From: a bacterium | GTDB taxonomy: Bacteria > SAR324 > NAC60-12 | DNA length: 64,000 nucleotides | NCBI GenBank assembly: GCA_965209155.1 | Contig: OZ242383.1 | Span: forward strand, 1,856,001 to 1,920,000 | Direction of reading: 5' to 3' | Part shown: piece by piece, positions 11,065-21,706 of the stretch | How the letters are laid out: every line of letters starts with the position of its first letter | How positions within the stretch are numbered: position 1 is the stretch's first letter | Made by a program: the position numbers and the translations under genes | Notes under the pieces: generated by a model | The model's input: the letters and a program-made list of their open reading frames with translations, nothing else | The model's database searches: none | Told to the model about the DNA's origin: nothing

Positions 11065-12087
11065 TCATGACAGGGGCTGGCTGAAAAGTGTCCATTCACT
11101 AAAAAATGCTCTCAAATGAGAAAATGCGCTCAATGTGGGCTGACGCTGTAATAAGAGGTGAATTGCACGAATCGTTGGAGGAATTGCATTCCGAAAGTGA
11201 AATTTATTTTTCCGGGAAGACAAAAAGCCATAGGTTCCCAAAGAACGTAAACGCCGGAGGAGGACAAAGTGATAAAAATGTTTTAGAAATTGCGCTTTGG
11301 ATATATACAGCCAGGGATTCAACTCTTGAAGATAAATATTGATGAGGAAATCCCGCTGTGGCTCGTCCAATCCGGATGAGGAAGCATACAATAGGCAAGC
11401 GAGATCATAATGTATCGCGCCTCGACACCCCATTTGATAATCAATAAAATATGGACTTTCTTTCTTCCACATGATGTTTCTTGGTTGGAAATCCCGCAGA
11501 ACCAGGACTTGGCGTTCTACTCCATCCAGATATGCAACAAGTAGTTCCAATTCTTTCAAAATGGTGTTGTTTAAAGAGGACTGTGGGACAAATTGCTGAC
11601 AGAAAAACTGCTGAAAGTATTCCAAATCCCATGTAAATACGGAACGATTGAGTTCTGACCCTTGAAAACAAAATGAATAATCCAGACCTTGGTTCCCTTC
11701 AAACTGAATGCGAGGCAGCCAGTTGATCACCCTTCGATACGCATTCAATATTCCGGAAGTATTGACTGGATTGGTATCATTCCATTGTCGCAACAAATCA
11801 GCCATGGACCAATTCCCTAAATCTTCCAATAAATAACACCTTTGCTTCCTGTCAACCGCATAAATTTGAGGAACCGGAATGCCAATTCGGGCCAAATGCT
11901 TGGACAAATAGATAAATGCATGGTTTTCGGTAATATTTGGATTCGTCACTCCAACCCAAGATTGCCCCCCTTGTTGAAAACGATATATACGACGGTCGGA
12001 GCCATCGCCTTTCATCGCCACGGGTTCGGCAAGAGGACCAAGGCGCTCTTTTGCCAGTATTTTCAATGAATTCAGTAGTTCCATCAA
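11065..12087 (-). CDS. APH-family phosphotransferase (AmgK-like)
   Basis: GDGSDRRIYR, LEDLG, RDFQPRNI, IDYQ and YDLA. Confidence 0.8.
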   Translation of the reverse strand: MMELLNSLKILAKERLGPLAEPVAMKGDGSDRRIYRFQQGGQSWVGVTNPNITENHAFIYLSKHLARIGIPVPQIYAVDRKQRCYLLEDLGNWSMADLLRQWNDTNPVNTSGILNAYRRVINWLPRIQFEGNQGLDYSFCFQGSELNRSVFTWDLEYFQQFFCQQFVPQSSLNNTILKELELLVAYLDGVERQVLVLRDFQPRNIMWKKESPYFIDYQMGCRGAIHYDLACLLYASSSGLDEPQRDFLINIYLQELNPWLYISKAQFLKHFYHFVLLRRLRSLGTYGFLSSRKNKFHFRNAIPPTIRAIHLLLQRQPTLSAFSHLRAFFSEWTLFSQPLS

Positions 12088-12258
12088 TTCAGTTCAGGTT
12101 TTCTCTTCAGCTTGACTACACGTTTAAATAGAAAGGGGTAGCTTTTATCCAAGCCTGAGTAAAATAGACTAAACCTCCGCTGAGCGCTTCCCATCCATCC
12201 CAAAGAGCGATGACTCCGACCACGGCAGCATCACCGTCACCCAGTCCTTATTTCTGGT

Positions 12259-13038
12259 TTATTCAGGACGGCGATACTTTCGAATAAATTCAATCAGATG
12301 AGGTGCGATTATGTCTGCATCCAAAAGTCCATCCTCATATTTCAATTGGGGTAGAATCAAGTACCGCGCCCGGGGCATGATTCGGCCTGCTTCACGAATT
12401 GCCAGAAATTTGTCCTCAGCCGTGTCCGTAATCAACAGTGTTGGAATGGTGATGGATTCTAAAAGACTTTCGATGCCATCCCATTGACAGATTGCCTCCA
12501 GAGACATTGCATAAGCCTCTGGAATTCCTCGCGATACGTCCAATTCCCACTCCTGTGAAAAGGACCGCTGAGCTTTCAATGAAGTGAGCAGCGCCAGGAT
12601 ACCCTCCGTGCGCAATTGTTTGATCCATTCCTGCATTTTCTGCAATTCTGTTGTGACGGGATAGGGGTGCGCGCCTGCAATTATCAATGAACGGATCCGC
12701 CTTTGATGGTGGGCTGCCATGAAAAACCCAACCTGCGCTCCTATTCCCAAGCCAAGAAAATTGATTTTTTCGACTTTTAATTCATCCATGATGTCCAAGA
12801 GATTCCGTGCTCGGGATTCCATGACGTATCGTTCGAAATTCCGAGGTGCGTCACTACGCCCTTGTCCCAGGGGATCGATCAAGACCAAACGACAATGATC
12901 TTGCAAGTGTTTCACATAGTTGCTCCGGTACCATCCCCGGAGGGTCTGTAAAAAAGGAGAGTATAGCACTAAAAAAGGCCCTTTGTTTCCTTCGAGGCGG
13001 TAGTGGATACGTTGTTTCATACTCAATGCGATGGGCAC
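12259..13038 (-). CDS. Alpha/beta hydrolase fold protein, possibly inactive
   Basis: IDPLGQGRSD; nucleophile elbow reads GLGIG with no Ser. Confidence 0.7.
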   Translation of the reverse strand: MPIALSMKQRIHYRLEGNKGPFLVLYSPFLQTLRGWYRSNYVKHLQDHCRLVLIDPLGQGRSDAPRNFERYVMESRARNLLDIMDELKVEKINFLGLGIGAQVGFFMAAHHQRRIRSLIIAGAHPYPVTTELQKMQEWIKQLRTEGILALLTSLKAQRSFSQEWELDVSRGIPEAYAMSLEAICQWDGIESLLESITIPTLLITDTAEDKFLAIREAGRIMPRARYLILPQLKYEDGLLDADIIAPHLIEFIRKYRRPE

Positions 13039-13076
13039 GCTGCTTTTTCATTTCAAGAAATTGTTTATCCTTTCGA

Positions 13077-13844
13077 TCACATGTTTTGATCGAGATTCAT
13101 AACGGGATTATTGATCAAACTGGCTGTAAATGCTGCTCCAAATCCATTATCGATATTGACTACAGTGACACCAGGAGCGCAGCTATTGAGCATCGAAAGC
13201 AAAGTACCAAGGCCTTGTAAACCTGTTCCATATCCCACGGAAGTGGGTACGGCAATCACTGGGATTTGCACCAGTCCTCCTACCACGCTGGCCAGCGCGC
13301 CTTCCATTCCTGCAACCACGATAATGACTCTGGCCCGGCGTATTCGTTCCAGTTGATCCAGCAGACGATGCAAACCCGCAACACCCACATCTGAAATCAA
13401 CTCGACAGCATTGCCCATGATCTGCGCTGTTTCTTTTGCTTCTTCCGCGACTGGTAAATCAGCGGTGCCGGCGCACAAAATAAGAATATCTCCTGTTTGT
13501 TCGCTTTGCGCGGGAGCAAAAGTCAAAGTGCGCGACAGACTATTGTAACGTCCCGGGAATCCTTTTTCCTTAAATTGTAAATATTTTTCTTCTGAAAGAC
13601 GGGTAATCAGCAAACGGTCGTGTATTGCAAGATGATTTTCACAAATTTTTACCAGGTGCTCCACGGATTTGTGTTCCGCATAAACCACTTCAGGAAACCC
13701 CAATCTCGATTTCCGTCCGTGGTCCACTTTTGCGAATCCCAAATCGCTGTAACTGACCGCCTGTACCTGTTCCAAAGCGTTTTCCGGCGTCAGTGACTGT
13801 TCCTGAATTTGTCGGAAAATTTCATATAAGTATTTGTGATCCAT
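13077..13844 (-). CDS. larB: Nickel-pincer cofactor biosynthesis protein LarB (AIR carboxylase-like)
   Basis: AGTADLPVAEE, DVGVAGLHRL, AGMEGAL, PTSVGYG and NIDNGFGAA. Confidence 0.92.
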   Translation of the reverse strand: MDHKYLYEIFRQIQEQSLTPENALEQVQAVSYSDLGFAKVDHGRKSRLGFPEVVYAEHKSVEHLVKICENHLAIHDRLLITRLSEEKYLQFKEKGFPGRYNSLSRTLTFAPAQSEQTGDILILCAGTADLPVAEEAKETAQIMGNAVELISDVGVAGLHRLLDQLERIRRARVIIVVAGMEGALASVVGGLVQIPVIAVPTSVGYGTGLQGLGTLLSMLNSCAPGVTVVNIDNGFGAAFTASLINNPVMNLDQNM

Positions 13845-13875
13845 AAATCCGTTCGCTACATACGTTGATGTTACG

Positions 13876-14865
13876 CTAGTTTTTAACGGAATTCATTTCC
13901 TTTAAAAACTGCAGATCATTTACCGAAGGCCGGTGTTTCCAACGACGGTGAAACCATGCCCATTGCGAAGGATATCGGCGAATGATTTTTTCAAGATGTT
14001 GATTGAATTGCAAACCAACCTCATAGAGATCACGTCGATTCGGTTTCTTTTTTTCAAAGACTCCAACACGTTCAATCTGTACGTCGAATTGTCCGCATGG
14101 TTGTCGGATCACCATTGCGCTCAACACGAGCGCCCCGGTTTTCAATGCCAGGCTGGCTGCAACTATTGGAGTTAGTGCTGGAATATCAAAAAAAGGAATA
14201 AACATACTGGAGACATCCGTATCTTGATCAATGATCACAAAAAAGATCTCATTTTGCTTAAAACACAGGAGTATTTCACGTGCAGACTGTGGAGCGCCAC
14301 GCGGAATGAGCGTGATACCTCCTCTTTGACGTAATTTTACAAAAAATTCATTCAATCGTTCATCATAAATCGGAGTGACTGCCACTTTGGCCGAATATCC
14401 TGTTCTCTCGAAATAATACGTCAGTAGCTCCCAGTTTCCTATATGGGCGCCTAAAACGATAGTTCCTTTTCCGCGTTCGTATCCTTCCTTTAAAAGTGAT
14501 TCTCCATATACTCGGATCCGTTGATTGGATTGATCAAACCAGCGTTCCACACCCAGTATTTCGAACAACATTTGTCCATAATGGAGAAAACATTCATAAG
14601 TCCACTTTTTACGTTGGGATGCAGGAATGTCTTTAAAAACAAGAGCCAGCTGCTGTTCGACAATTCCACGGTCTTTCCAGAGCAGGTAATATGCGCTTCG
14701 TCCCAGACACCTACCCAAGAATTGCAAAACCTCGAGTGGAAGCCAATTGCCCAATACCACTCCACCCCTCATAGAATAATATTCCAAATCACGTCGCAAT
14801 CTTTTTGTCCAACGCGGTCTCTTTTTTTCAAATTTTTGATATGAAATCTCTTGCTGCTCTTGCAT
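13876..14865 (-). CDS. Lipid A late acyltransferase (LpxL/HtrB family)
   Basis: HIGNWEL, IDQD and PSQWAWFHRRWK. Confidence 0.88.
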   Translation of the reverse strand: MQEQQEISYQKFEKKRPRWTKRLRRDLEYYSMRGGVVLGNWLPLEVLQFLGRCLGRSAYYLLWKDRGIVEQQLALVFKDIPASQRKKWTYECFLHYGQMLFEILGVERWFDQSNQRIRVYGESLLKEGYERGKGTIVLGAHIGNWELLTYYFERTGYSAKVAVTPIYDERLNEFFVKLRQRGGITLIPRGAPQSAREILLCFKQNEIFFVIIDQDTDVSSMFIPFFDIPALTPIVAASLALKTGALVLSAMVIRQPCGQFDVQIERVGVFEKKKPNRRDLYEVGLQFNQHLEKIIRRYPSQWAWFHRRWKHRPSVNDLQFLKEMNSVKN

Positions 14866-14886
14866 GAAACCACGTGGTTGACAAAA

Positions 14887-16269
14887 TTATCGCATAATTT
14901 GAACAATCTTTTCCATCACCGCCTCAGTGGAAGCAGGAAGGGTCTGACAGCGTGTTTTCTGATTTTGCAAACAAGACAACGCCGGGGGAACAGGTGGTTC
15001 CTTTCCAATCGCAGCCCTGACTGCTTGTACGAATTTGGCAGGATGAGCAGTCGCTAAACAAATTTGAGGAGATTTTCCTGCCGTCGTTTCCATGGCTCGC
15101 ACCCCCACAGCCGTGTGGGGGTCCAGAATATATTGGAATTTCTCGAAACACTCTCTGATGGTTGTCAGGGTCTCTGGTTCTGAAACACTGACAGAACTCA
15201 TTTCTTGTTGTGCTTTTTCCAAAAAAACTCCCCTTATATCCAGTTTGCCTGTTTGATGAAATGTCCGCATCCACTGTCCCAGTCTATCTGGTTGCTGCCC
15301 GCTCACATAATAGAGAAATCTTTCAAAATTACTGGAGATCTGAATATCCATCGAAGGACTCCATGTGGGGACAACAGAGTGCTGGTGGTATTCCCCTTTT
15401 GTGAAAAAACGATGCAGGATGTCATTCTTATTGGTGGCCACGATCAGCCGGTTGATAGGAAGTCCCATCATTTTTGCATAATAACCTGCCAGAATGTTTC
15501 CAAAATTCCCGGTTGGCACTGAAAAATCTACGGGTGCGTCACATCGAGGCCGCACCCTGAAATATCCATAAAAATAGTAGACGATTTGTGCCAGTATTCG
15601 AGCCCAGTTGAATGAATTGACTGCGCCTAGCTGGTATTTATTCTTGAATTGTAAATTCGTGAAGAGCGATTTTACAATGGTCTGCGCGTCATCAAAGGTA
15701 CCTTCGATTGCCAGGTTATGGATGTTGGGTTCCAAGACGGTCGTCATTTGATGTTCCTGGATAGTACTGATGCGACCTTTTGGATGCAGGACAAAAAGAT
15801 GAATGTTTTTTTTACCCCGCAATCCATATATGGCAGCGCTTCCGGTATCTCCGGAGGTTGCTGCTAAAACTGTGACATGGCGTTGATTTTTCTGTAAAAA
15901 ATAATTAAACAGATTGCCTAAAAATTGAAGCGCAATGTCTTTGAATGAATAAGTTGGCCCATGAAACAGTTCCATGATAAAAATATTTCCCACTGGAACA
16001 ATTGGGGTGATTTCAGTATGATCAAAGGAAGTATGACTGCGATAAATAAGGTTTTTTAAATCATCACCAGGAATTTCGTTTCCTATGAAGAGAGATAGGA
16101 TGGCCAAGCTCAAGTCCTGAAAAGAGTAAGTACTCCATTCCTGCAGATTTTTCTCGACCTGAGGTATTGCTTCGGGGAGAAGCAAACCTCCATCGGAGGC
16201 CAACCCCATAAGGACGGAATCTTCAAAAGTCAAATTTCTGACATTTCCTCGAGTGCTTTTATATTTCAT
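14887..16269 (-). CDS. thrC: Threonine synthase
   Basis: MKYKSTRG, ELFHGPTYSFKD, ATSGDTGSAA and VPTGNFGN. Confidence 0.96.
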   Translation of the reverse strand: MKYKSTRGNVRNLTFEDSVLMGLASDGGLLLPEAIPQVEKNLQEWSTYSFQDLSLAILSLFIGNEIPGDDLKNLIYRSHTSFDHTEITPIVPVGNIFIMELFHGPTYSFKDIALQFLGNLFNYFLQKNQRHVTVLAATSGDTGSAAIYGLRGKKNIHLFVLHPKGRISTIQEHQMTTVLEPNIHNLAIEGTFDDAQTIVKSLFTNLQFKNKYQLGAVNSFNWARILAQIVYYFYGYFRVRPRCDAPVDFSVPTGNFGNILAGYYAKMMGLPINRLIVATNKNDILHRFFTKGEYHQHSVVPTWSPSMDIQISSNFERFLYYVSGQQPDRLGQWMRTFHQTGKLDIRGVFLEKAQQEMSSVSVSEPETLTTIRECFEKFQYILDPHTAVGVRAMETTAGKSPQICLATAHPAKFVQAVRAAIGKEPPVPPALSCLQNQKTRCQTLPASTEAVMEKIVQIMR

Positions 16270-16807
16270 ACTTGGTTTGCAGGGTTAATTCTATGATGCG
16301 TTTCGATATGATCCACCCCGATCCTTTCAAGATTAATGGTAATGATGTGAAATCCACAGATGGAAAACAGCGGCTCTTATACGAAAACTGCTATGCGGTA
16401 TCATTTTACTCGTTTCAACAATGCAGACTGGATTTACTTTTTTTGAGTATTGTGGCTGAATAACAGGTGTTCCACCGCACGTGGAGCAATGCGACAACAA
16501 TTATAGCATAGTTGCTGTTGCTCGAGCCATCCAATTATTTATCTGAGAACCGGGTACTGATCAATAAGTTCATTTGCCTGGTGCATAAAGCCCGGTGAAA
16601 TCGCGTCTCACCGAAAAAATAGAGGGGGATTTATGTTCCTCTTCGTGAATATCACCGGTATGGAAGAAGTTTCACTTTTGAAATATCCTGAACAAAATCC
16701 ATCACTGATTGACTTTCCATTCTCTTATGAAAAGCGTATAAGGGCAGTTGGGGGCAAGGTCATGGTGTCAAACGTTTTCAGATCATTCGTATGAAGCCAA
16801 AACCGTC

Positions 16808-18751
16808 ATGCGTAAAAATTTACTCAATTCCATTACCGATCCACATCAAATTCATCATCTCTCTTTGCAAGAGTTAATACAACTCTCCCAAGAGTGCCGT
16901 CAACGCATTATCGACGTCACCAGTAAAGCCGGAGGACACTTGGCTTCGTCTCTGGGTTCTATCGAAATAACCATTGCGCTTTTCAAACTTTTTGATTTTC
17001 GTACAGACCGGATTGTATGGGACGTGGGACATCAGGCCTATGCTCACAAAATTCTCACGGGACGCAATGCGCGATTTGAATCATTGACCCAAAAAAACGG
17101 GATTAAAAAATTTCTTTCCCGTTCCGAAAGTCCTTATGATCATTTTGGTGCCGGTCATGCCTCGACTTCGATTTCTGCATCTTTGGGAATGGCGGTAGGG
17201 AGGGATTTATGTGGACAAGACCATTATGTTATTGCGGTCATTGGTGACGGGGGATTGACAGGAGGACTGGCGTTTGAAGCGCTCAACCATAATGGCTATT
17301 TGGGCAAAAATTTGATTATCATTCTCAGCGACAACGGAATGAGTATCGATCCCAATGTAGGTGCCTTGTCCAAAGTCATCACACGCGTCATTTCTTCCAA
17401 ATCCTACAATCGCTTCAGAGAGGAAGCCTGGGAAATGGCGGGGAAAGTACCATTTTCTGAGATAGTGCGTGCGGGAATGCACAAAATAAACGCTTCTCTG
17501 AAAGCATTCATCATTCCAGGAATGTTGTTCGAGCAGCTTGGTTGGCGCTATTTTGGCCCCATTGACGGACACAACATTTCCGACTTGATAGAGATTTTAG
17601 GTGACGCCAAGGACTTGAAAGGCCCCATTGTCATTCACGCCCTTACACAAAAAGGCAAAGGGTATTCTTATGCGGAAAATGATGCCTATAAGTATCATGG
17701 AGTGACTCCATTTGTTCCAGAAAGCGGCGAATTTATTAAAAACGCCAATCCCAATCCCAAAGCGATAAGTTATTCCAAAATTTTTGGAGATAAACTCGAG
17801 GTCTTGATGGAGCATGATCCGAGAGTAGTTGGCATCAGCCCTGCCATGCTCAGTGGATCCGGAATGATCCATTTACTGGCCAAATATCCCGACCGTATTT
17901 TTGACGTAGGAATCGCTGAGGGGCATTGCGTCACTTTTGCGGCGGGGATGGCAACGACCGAACTCAAGCCCTTTGTGGCAATATACTCAACATTCTTGCA
18001 ACGCGCAATCGACCACGTGATTCACGATGTTGCCATTCAGAAATTGCCGGTTCGATTTATGATCGACCGCGCGGGTCTGGTTGGTCCGGATGGCCCGACT
18101 CATCAAGGGGTCTATGATCTCACCTATTTGAGAATGATTCCAGGGATGACCATCATGGTTCCTAAAAACGGCGCAGAGTTGAAAGTAATGATCGATTTTG
18201 CCTATCAATATGAAGAAGGCCCTTGCGCTGTGCGCTATCCAAAGGGCAATAGCGATCAATTGGATGAATCGGAAATCGAACCCCTCGAATTGGGTCGGGC
18301 TCATGTCTTGAAAGAAGGTCAAGACATTGCTTTATGGGCAGTGGGAATTATGGTGAAAACCGCTTTGGAAGTAGCAAAGCTCTTAGAAAAGCGAGGTTAT
18401 AGCGTTGCGGTGATCAATGCCCGTTTTGTCAAACCACTGGACTCGGAATTGATCCAGCATTTCGGCCGGACGTGCAAAGTCTTTGTTACCTTGGAAGAAA
18501 ATACAATCCATGGAGGATTTGGCAGCGCAGTCCTTGAAAAATTAAGTGAATATGGATTGGCGCCTTTGACTTTGACACTGGGAGTACCTGATGAGTTCAT
18601 TCCTCAAGGCAGTCAGGTACAACAACAGGAAGACGCAGGATTGAGCGTCACCCTGGCCCTTGACGCGATTCTTAAAAAATGGCAATGTCTTCCTCGGAAA
18701 TTTAAAAAATCGACCCGTTTTTACAAACAAAAAAAGATGGTTGCCAGTTGA
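16808..18751 (+). CDS. dxs: 1-deoxy-D-xylulose-5-phosphate synthase
   Basis: GGHLASSLG, WDVGHQAY, YSTFLQRA and DRAGLVGPDGPTH. Confidence 0.97.
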   Translation: MRKNLLNSITDPHQIHHLSLQELIQLSQECRQRIIDVTSKAGGHLASSLGSIEITIALFKLFDFRTDRIVWDVGHQAYAHKILTGRNARFESLTQKNGIKKFLSRSESPYDHFGAGHASTSISASLGMAVGRDLCGQDHYVIAVIGDGGLTGGLAFEALNHNGYLGKNLIIILSDNGMSIDPNVGALSKVITRVISSKSYNRFREEAWEMAGKVPFSEIVRAGMHKINASLKAFIIPGMLFEQLGWRYFGPIDGHNISDLIEILGDAKDLKGPIVIHALTQKGKGYSYAENDAYKYHGVTPFVPESGEFIKNANPNPKAISYSKIFGDKLEVLMEHDPRVVGISPAMLSGSGMIHLLAKYPDRIFDVGIAEGHCVTFAAGMATTELKPFVAIYSTFLQRAIDHVIHDVAIQKLPVRFMIDRAGLVGPDGPTHQGVYDLTYLRMIPGMTIMVPKNGAELKVMIDFAYQYEEGPCAVRYPKGNSDQLDESEIEPLELGRAHVLKEGQDIALWAVGIMVKTALEVAKLLEKRGYSVAVINARFVKPLDSELIQHFGRTCKVFVTLEENTIHGGFGSAVLEKLSEYGLAPLTLTLGVPDEFIPQGSQVQQQEDAGLSVTLALDAILKKWQCLPRKFKKSTRFYKQKKMVAS

Positions 18752-18884
18752 AAAGATTTGATGCCTGCACTTCTGGAAACAGGACGAAAACAAAGTTTTA
18801 CTTTTCTTATAAAAGTCGCTATTCCATATAACTTTCATCAACATGTAAATAGTTAATCCTAACTTCATCATAGGGAAATGAATC

Positions 18885-19130
18885 ATGTCGGAAGATTTGC
18901 TTCAAACTTTAGAAAATAAAGTACAAAACGCAGTAGAAATGGTCGAGCTTCTGAAAGCAGAAATTGCGGAACTAATGGAAGAGAATGCCATTCTGAAAGA
19001 AACACACGCTCAATGGGAAGAAAAATTAACCAACCTGATTGGAAAACTTGAACAACTCGATGCAGAAGCCGATTCGGCATTGAACGAATCTCCCATAGGA
19101 GAAGTTGATTTAAAGGAAGAATCAAACTGA
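18885..19130 (+). CDS. zapB: Cell division protein ZapB
   Basis: 81-aa coiled coil LENKVQNAVE...WEEKLTNLIGKL. Confidence 0.8.
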   Translation: MSEDLLQTLENKVQNAVEMVELLKAEIAELMEENAILKETHAQWEEKLTNLIGKLEQLDAEADSALNESPIGEVDLKEESN

Positions 19131-19418
19131 CCTGGTTATTCCGAGTCTTCTTCTTTTATGTTCTTCAAACACTACGTGACCCTTCGGTTGAAGGCCCAAG
19201 TCGCTTAAAAATTGGATGGCAAGAGTATTCACTGACATCACAACCTGCGCTTTTTTCGGCGAGGCTCTACATCCGAGTCAAGGTAATCAATGTTTGGACG
19301 TTGAGGTTTTCAGTGAACGAGGACCTTGAAAAAATTCTTGCGCTTGAATCGAATTGGCCTTAAAATTTCAAGCGTTTTAAGACCAAGAAACAATTCAGAT
19401 GCCGATTTTTGTTGCATT

Positions 19419-20354
19419 ATGAGCAATTTTTCCAAACAGCAGAGACCACGTTCGCCGAAGCCTCTTTGGCTCAAAGTTCGATTGCCACGAGGGGAAAAAT
19501 ACAACTGGATAAGAAAAAAATCCGAAACGCTCCGGCTGAGCACTGTTTGTCAGGAAGCCCGCTGTCCAAATATCGCAGAGTGCTGGGAAGGTGGAACAGC
19601 AACCTTTATGCTGATGGGAGACACATGCACTCGAGGATGTCGATTCTGCGCCGTGAATACCGCAAAAAATCCTCTTCCCTTAGACTTGGAAGAACCTCGA
19701 AAACTGGCAGAAACCATATTTCAGATGAGATTGAAATATGTAGTGATCACCAGTGTGAACCGGGACGATCTTCCAGATCAAGGTGCGCGTCATATAGCGG
19801 CATCGATACGATCTGTCAAGCAGAAAAATCCTGAATTGCTCGTTGAAATCCTGATTCCTGATTTTCGTGGAGTCCCTGATCTCATTCAAACAGCAATCGC
19901 TGCTCAACCCGACGTGCTGGCCCACAATTTGGAAACTGTGGAACGCTTGACTCCCAAAGTGCGAGACCCACGGGCAGGCTACCAGAGGTCACTGCGTGTG
20001 TTAGAGACCGTTAAACAGCAAAACCCCGAGATGTTGACCAAGTCGTCTTTAATGTTGGGATTGGGAGAAACCCGGGATGAAATTCTCAAAGCTATGGAAG
20101 ATTTACGAATAAAGGATGTCGATTTTTTAACGATTGGTCAGTATTTACAACCCGAACCGTCCAAATTGAGAGTCTTCCGTTTCCTGCATCCCGACGAATT
20201 CAAGGAGTTGGCGGAAATTGGTGAAGAAATGGGATTCGAGTATGTCGCTGCTGGTCCATTGGTTCGCAGTTCTTACAGGGCAGCAGAATTTTACATTGAA
20301 CGAAAATTGAAATCTGATTCGAATTCCTTGCCTTTTGGTCGATCGGCAGCATAA
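19419..20354 (+). CDS. lipA: Lipoyl synthase
   Basis: CQEARCPNIAEC, CTRGCRFC and VRSSY. Confidence 0.97.
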   Translation: MSNFSKQQRPRSPKPLWLKVRLPRGEKYNWIRKKSETLRLSTVCQEARCPNIAECWEGGTATFMLMGDTCTRGCRFCAVNTAKNPLPLDLEEPRKLAETIFQMRLKYVVITSVNRDDLPDQGARHIAASIRSVKQKNPELLVEILIPDFRGVPDLIQTAIAAQPDVLAHNLETVERLTPKVRDPRAGYQRSLRVLETVKQQNPEMLTKSSLMLGLGETRDEILKAMEDLRIKDVDFLTIGQYLQPEPSKLRVFRFLHPDEFKELAEIGEEMGFEYVAAGPLVRSSYRAAEFYIERKLKSDSNSLPFGRSAA

Positions 20355-20495
20355 TCAATTGCCTCAAATCACGTAACAATAAATAAACCCGGTCAAGTGG
20401 CATCCTGATGCTCTCGTTGACGAAGGAAAAATAACAGATTCGGGATACAGCGCTGCTTTGAGGGAGTATTGAAAACCTTTAAACAGTAGAAATAC

Positions 20496-20822
20496 ATGTC
20501 TAGTGATAAAGTCATTCATTTAACCGACGCGAATTTTGACGAAGAAATTAAAATTGGTTTAACCTTGGTCGATTTCTGGGCTGAATGGTGTAAACCCTGT
20601 TTGGCATTGGCTCCGGCAATCAACGAATTGGCCGAAACTTATAATGGCCGTTTGAAAGTTTGCAAGGTGGACGTGGATCACAATCAATCGATTCCAGCAC
20701 GTTTTGGCATCCGTGGAATTCCTACGGTGATTCTATTTAAAAACGGAGAACAGACGGATATGTTCACCGGAAATAGTCCTCAAAAAATCAGAGAAATGGT
20801 AGATCGCGCACTTCTCAATTGA
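20496..20822 (+). CDS. trxA: Thioredoxin
   Basis: DFWAEWCKPC and IRGIPT, 108 aa. Confidence 0.93.
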   Translation: MSSDKVIHLTDANFDEEIKIGLTLVDFWAEWCKPCLALAPAINELAETYNGRLKVCKVDVDHNQSIPARFGIRGIPTVILFKNGEQTDMFTGNSPQKIREMVDRALLN

Positions 20823-21646
20823 TTGAAAGAGGATTGAATTTATTGAAAGATAAACCCTCAAACTCGAATTGGCTCCTACTCCTCGCTTACGACGGATTCA
20901 ATTACCATGGATGGCAAGTCCAAAACGAGGAAAATACAATTGAGGGCGAGCTTGAAAAAGCGATCCGGACCCTGACGGGAAAGTGCGTAAAAGTCTTTGG
21001 AGCAGGGAGGACGGACAGCAAAGTACATGCCATCAATCAAACCGCGCACTTTTTTTCGAACGCTGATTTTACTGCAGAAAGTTGGTGTTCTGCACTCAAT
21101 GCGGTTCTTCCCATGGACATTGCTGTGAAGTGTGTCTTACCTGTTTCGTCCACCTTCCATGCCCGCCACAGTTCCCTGGCAAAACGGTATCGTTATCTCA
21201 TTCACAACAAACCATACCCTTCTCCATTCAATTCCCACTATAGCTGGTGGCTGCGCAGGCCATTGGATTTGAATGCAATGCGGCAAGCTGCCAGACACTT
21301 AATCGGGGAACATGATTTTTCTGCCTTTCGCTCTTCTCGATGCGTGTCACCTTCTCCTGTGAAAATCATCAATGACATCTTGGTTTCTCCCATTCATTCT
21401 CCCTTTGCTTCCCTGAAAATCGAGGTTGAGGCGAACTCATTTTTACAGCACATGGTGCGAATAATCACAGGAACTTTAGCGGCAGTGGGAGAAAAACGCT
21501 TACTGGCAGATGATATTCCCAGCATTTTAGAAGACAAAGACCGTCGTAAAAGTGGAAAAACGGCTCCTCCTTATGGACTCTATGCGCAAAAAGTTTATTA
21601 TGATGAACGAGAAGTAAGGTGGCCTTCCCAGGTGATCGATCTCTGA
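20819..21646 (+). CDS. truA: tRNA pseudouridine(38-40) synthase
   Basis: YDGFNYHGWQ, AGRTDSKVHA and FLQHMVR. Confidence 0.95.
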   Translation: MIERGLNLLKDKPSNSNWLLLLAYDGFNYHGWQVQNEENTIEGELEKAIRTLTGKCVKVFGAGRTDSKVHAINQTAHFFSNADFTAESWCSALNAVLPMDIAVKCVLPVSSTFHARHSSLAKRYRYLIHNKPYPSPFNSHYSWWLRRPLDLNAMRQAARHLIGEHDFSAFRSSRCVSPSPVKIINDILVSPIHSPFASLKIEVEANSFLQHMVRIITGTLAAVGEKRLLADDIPSILEDKDRRKSGKTAPPYGLYAQKVYYDEREVRWPSQVIDL

Positions 21647-21706
21647 AGATATTCCGAGAAGATTTTGCTGAAGAACTGAACCACATGTCTTTCAGGACCA
21701 CGTCAT

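Noticed and set aside
16270..16800. Riboswitch or ncRNA in the long thrC-dxs spacer
   Set aside because: Only weak hairpins and no recognisable family motif
20496..20822. Thioredoxin with WCKPC instead of WCGPC
   Set aside because: Minor variant of the CxxC motif; otherwise ordinary
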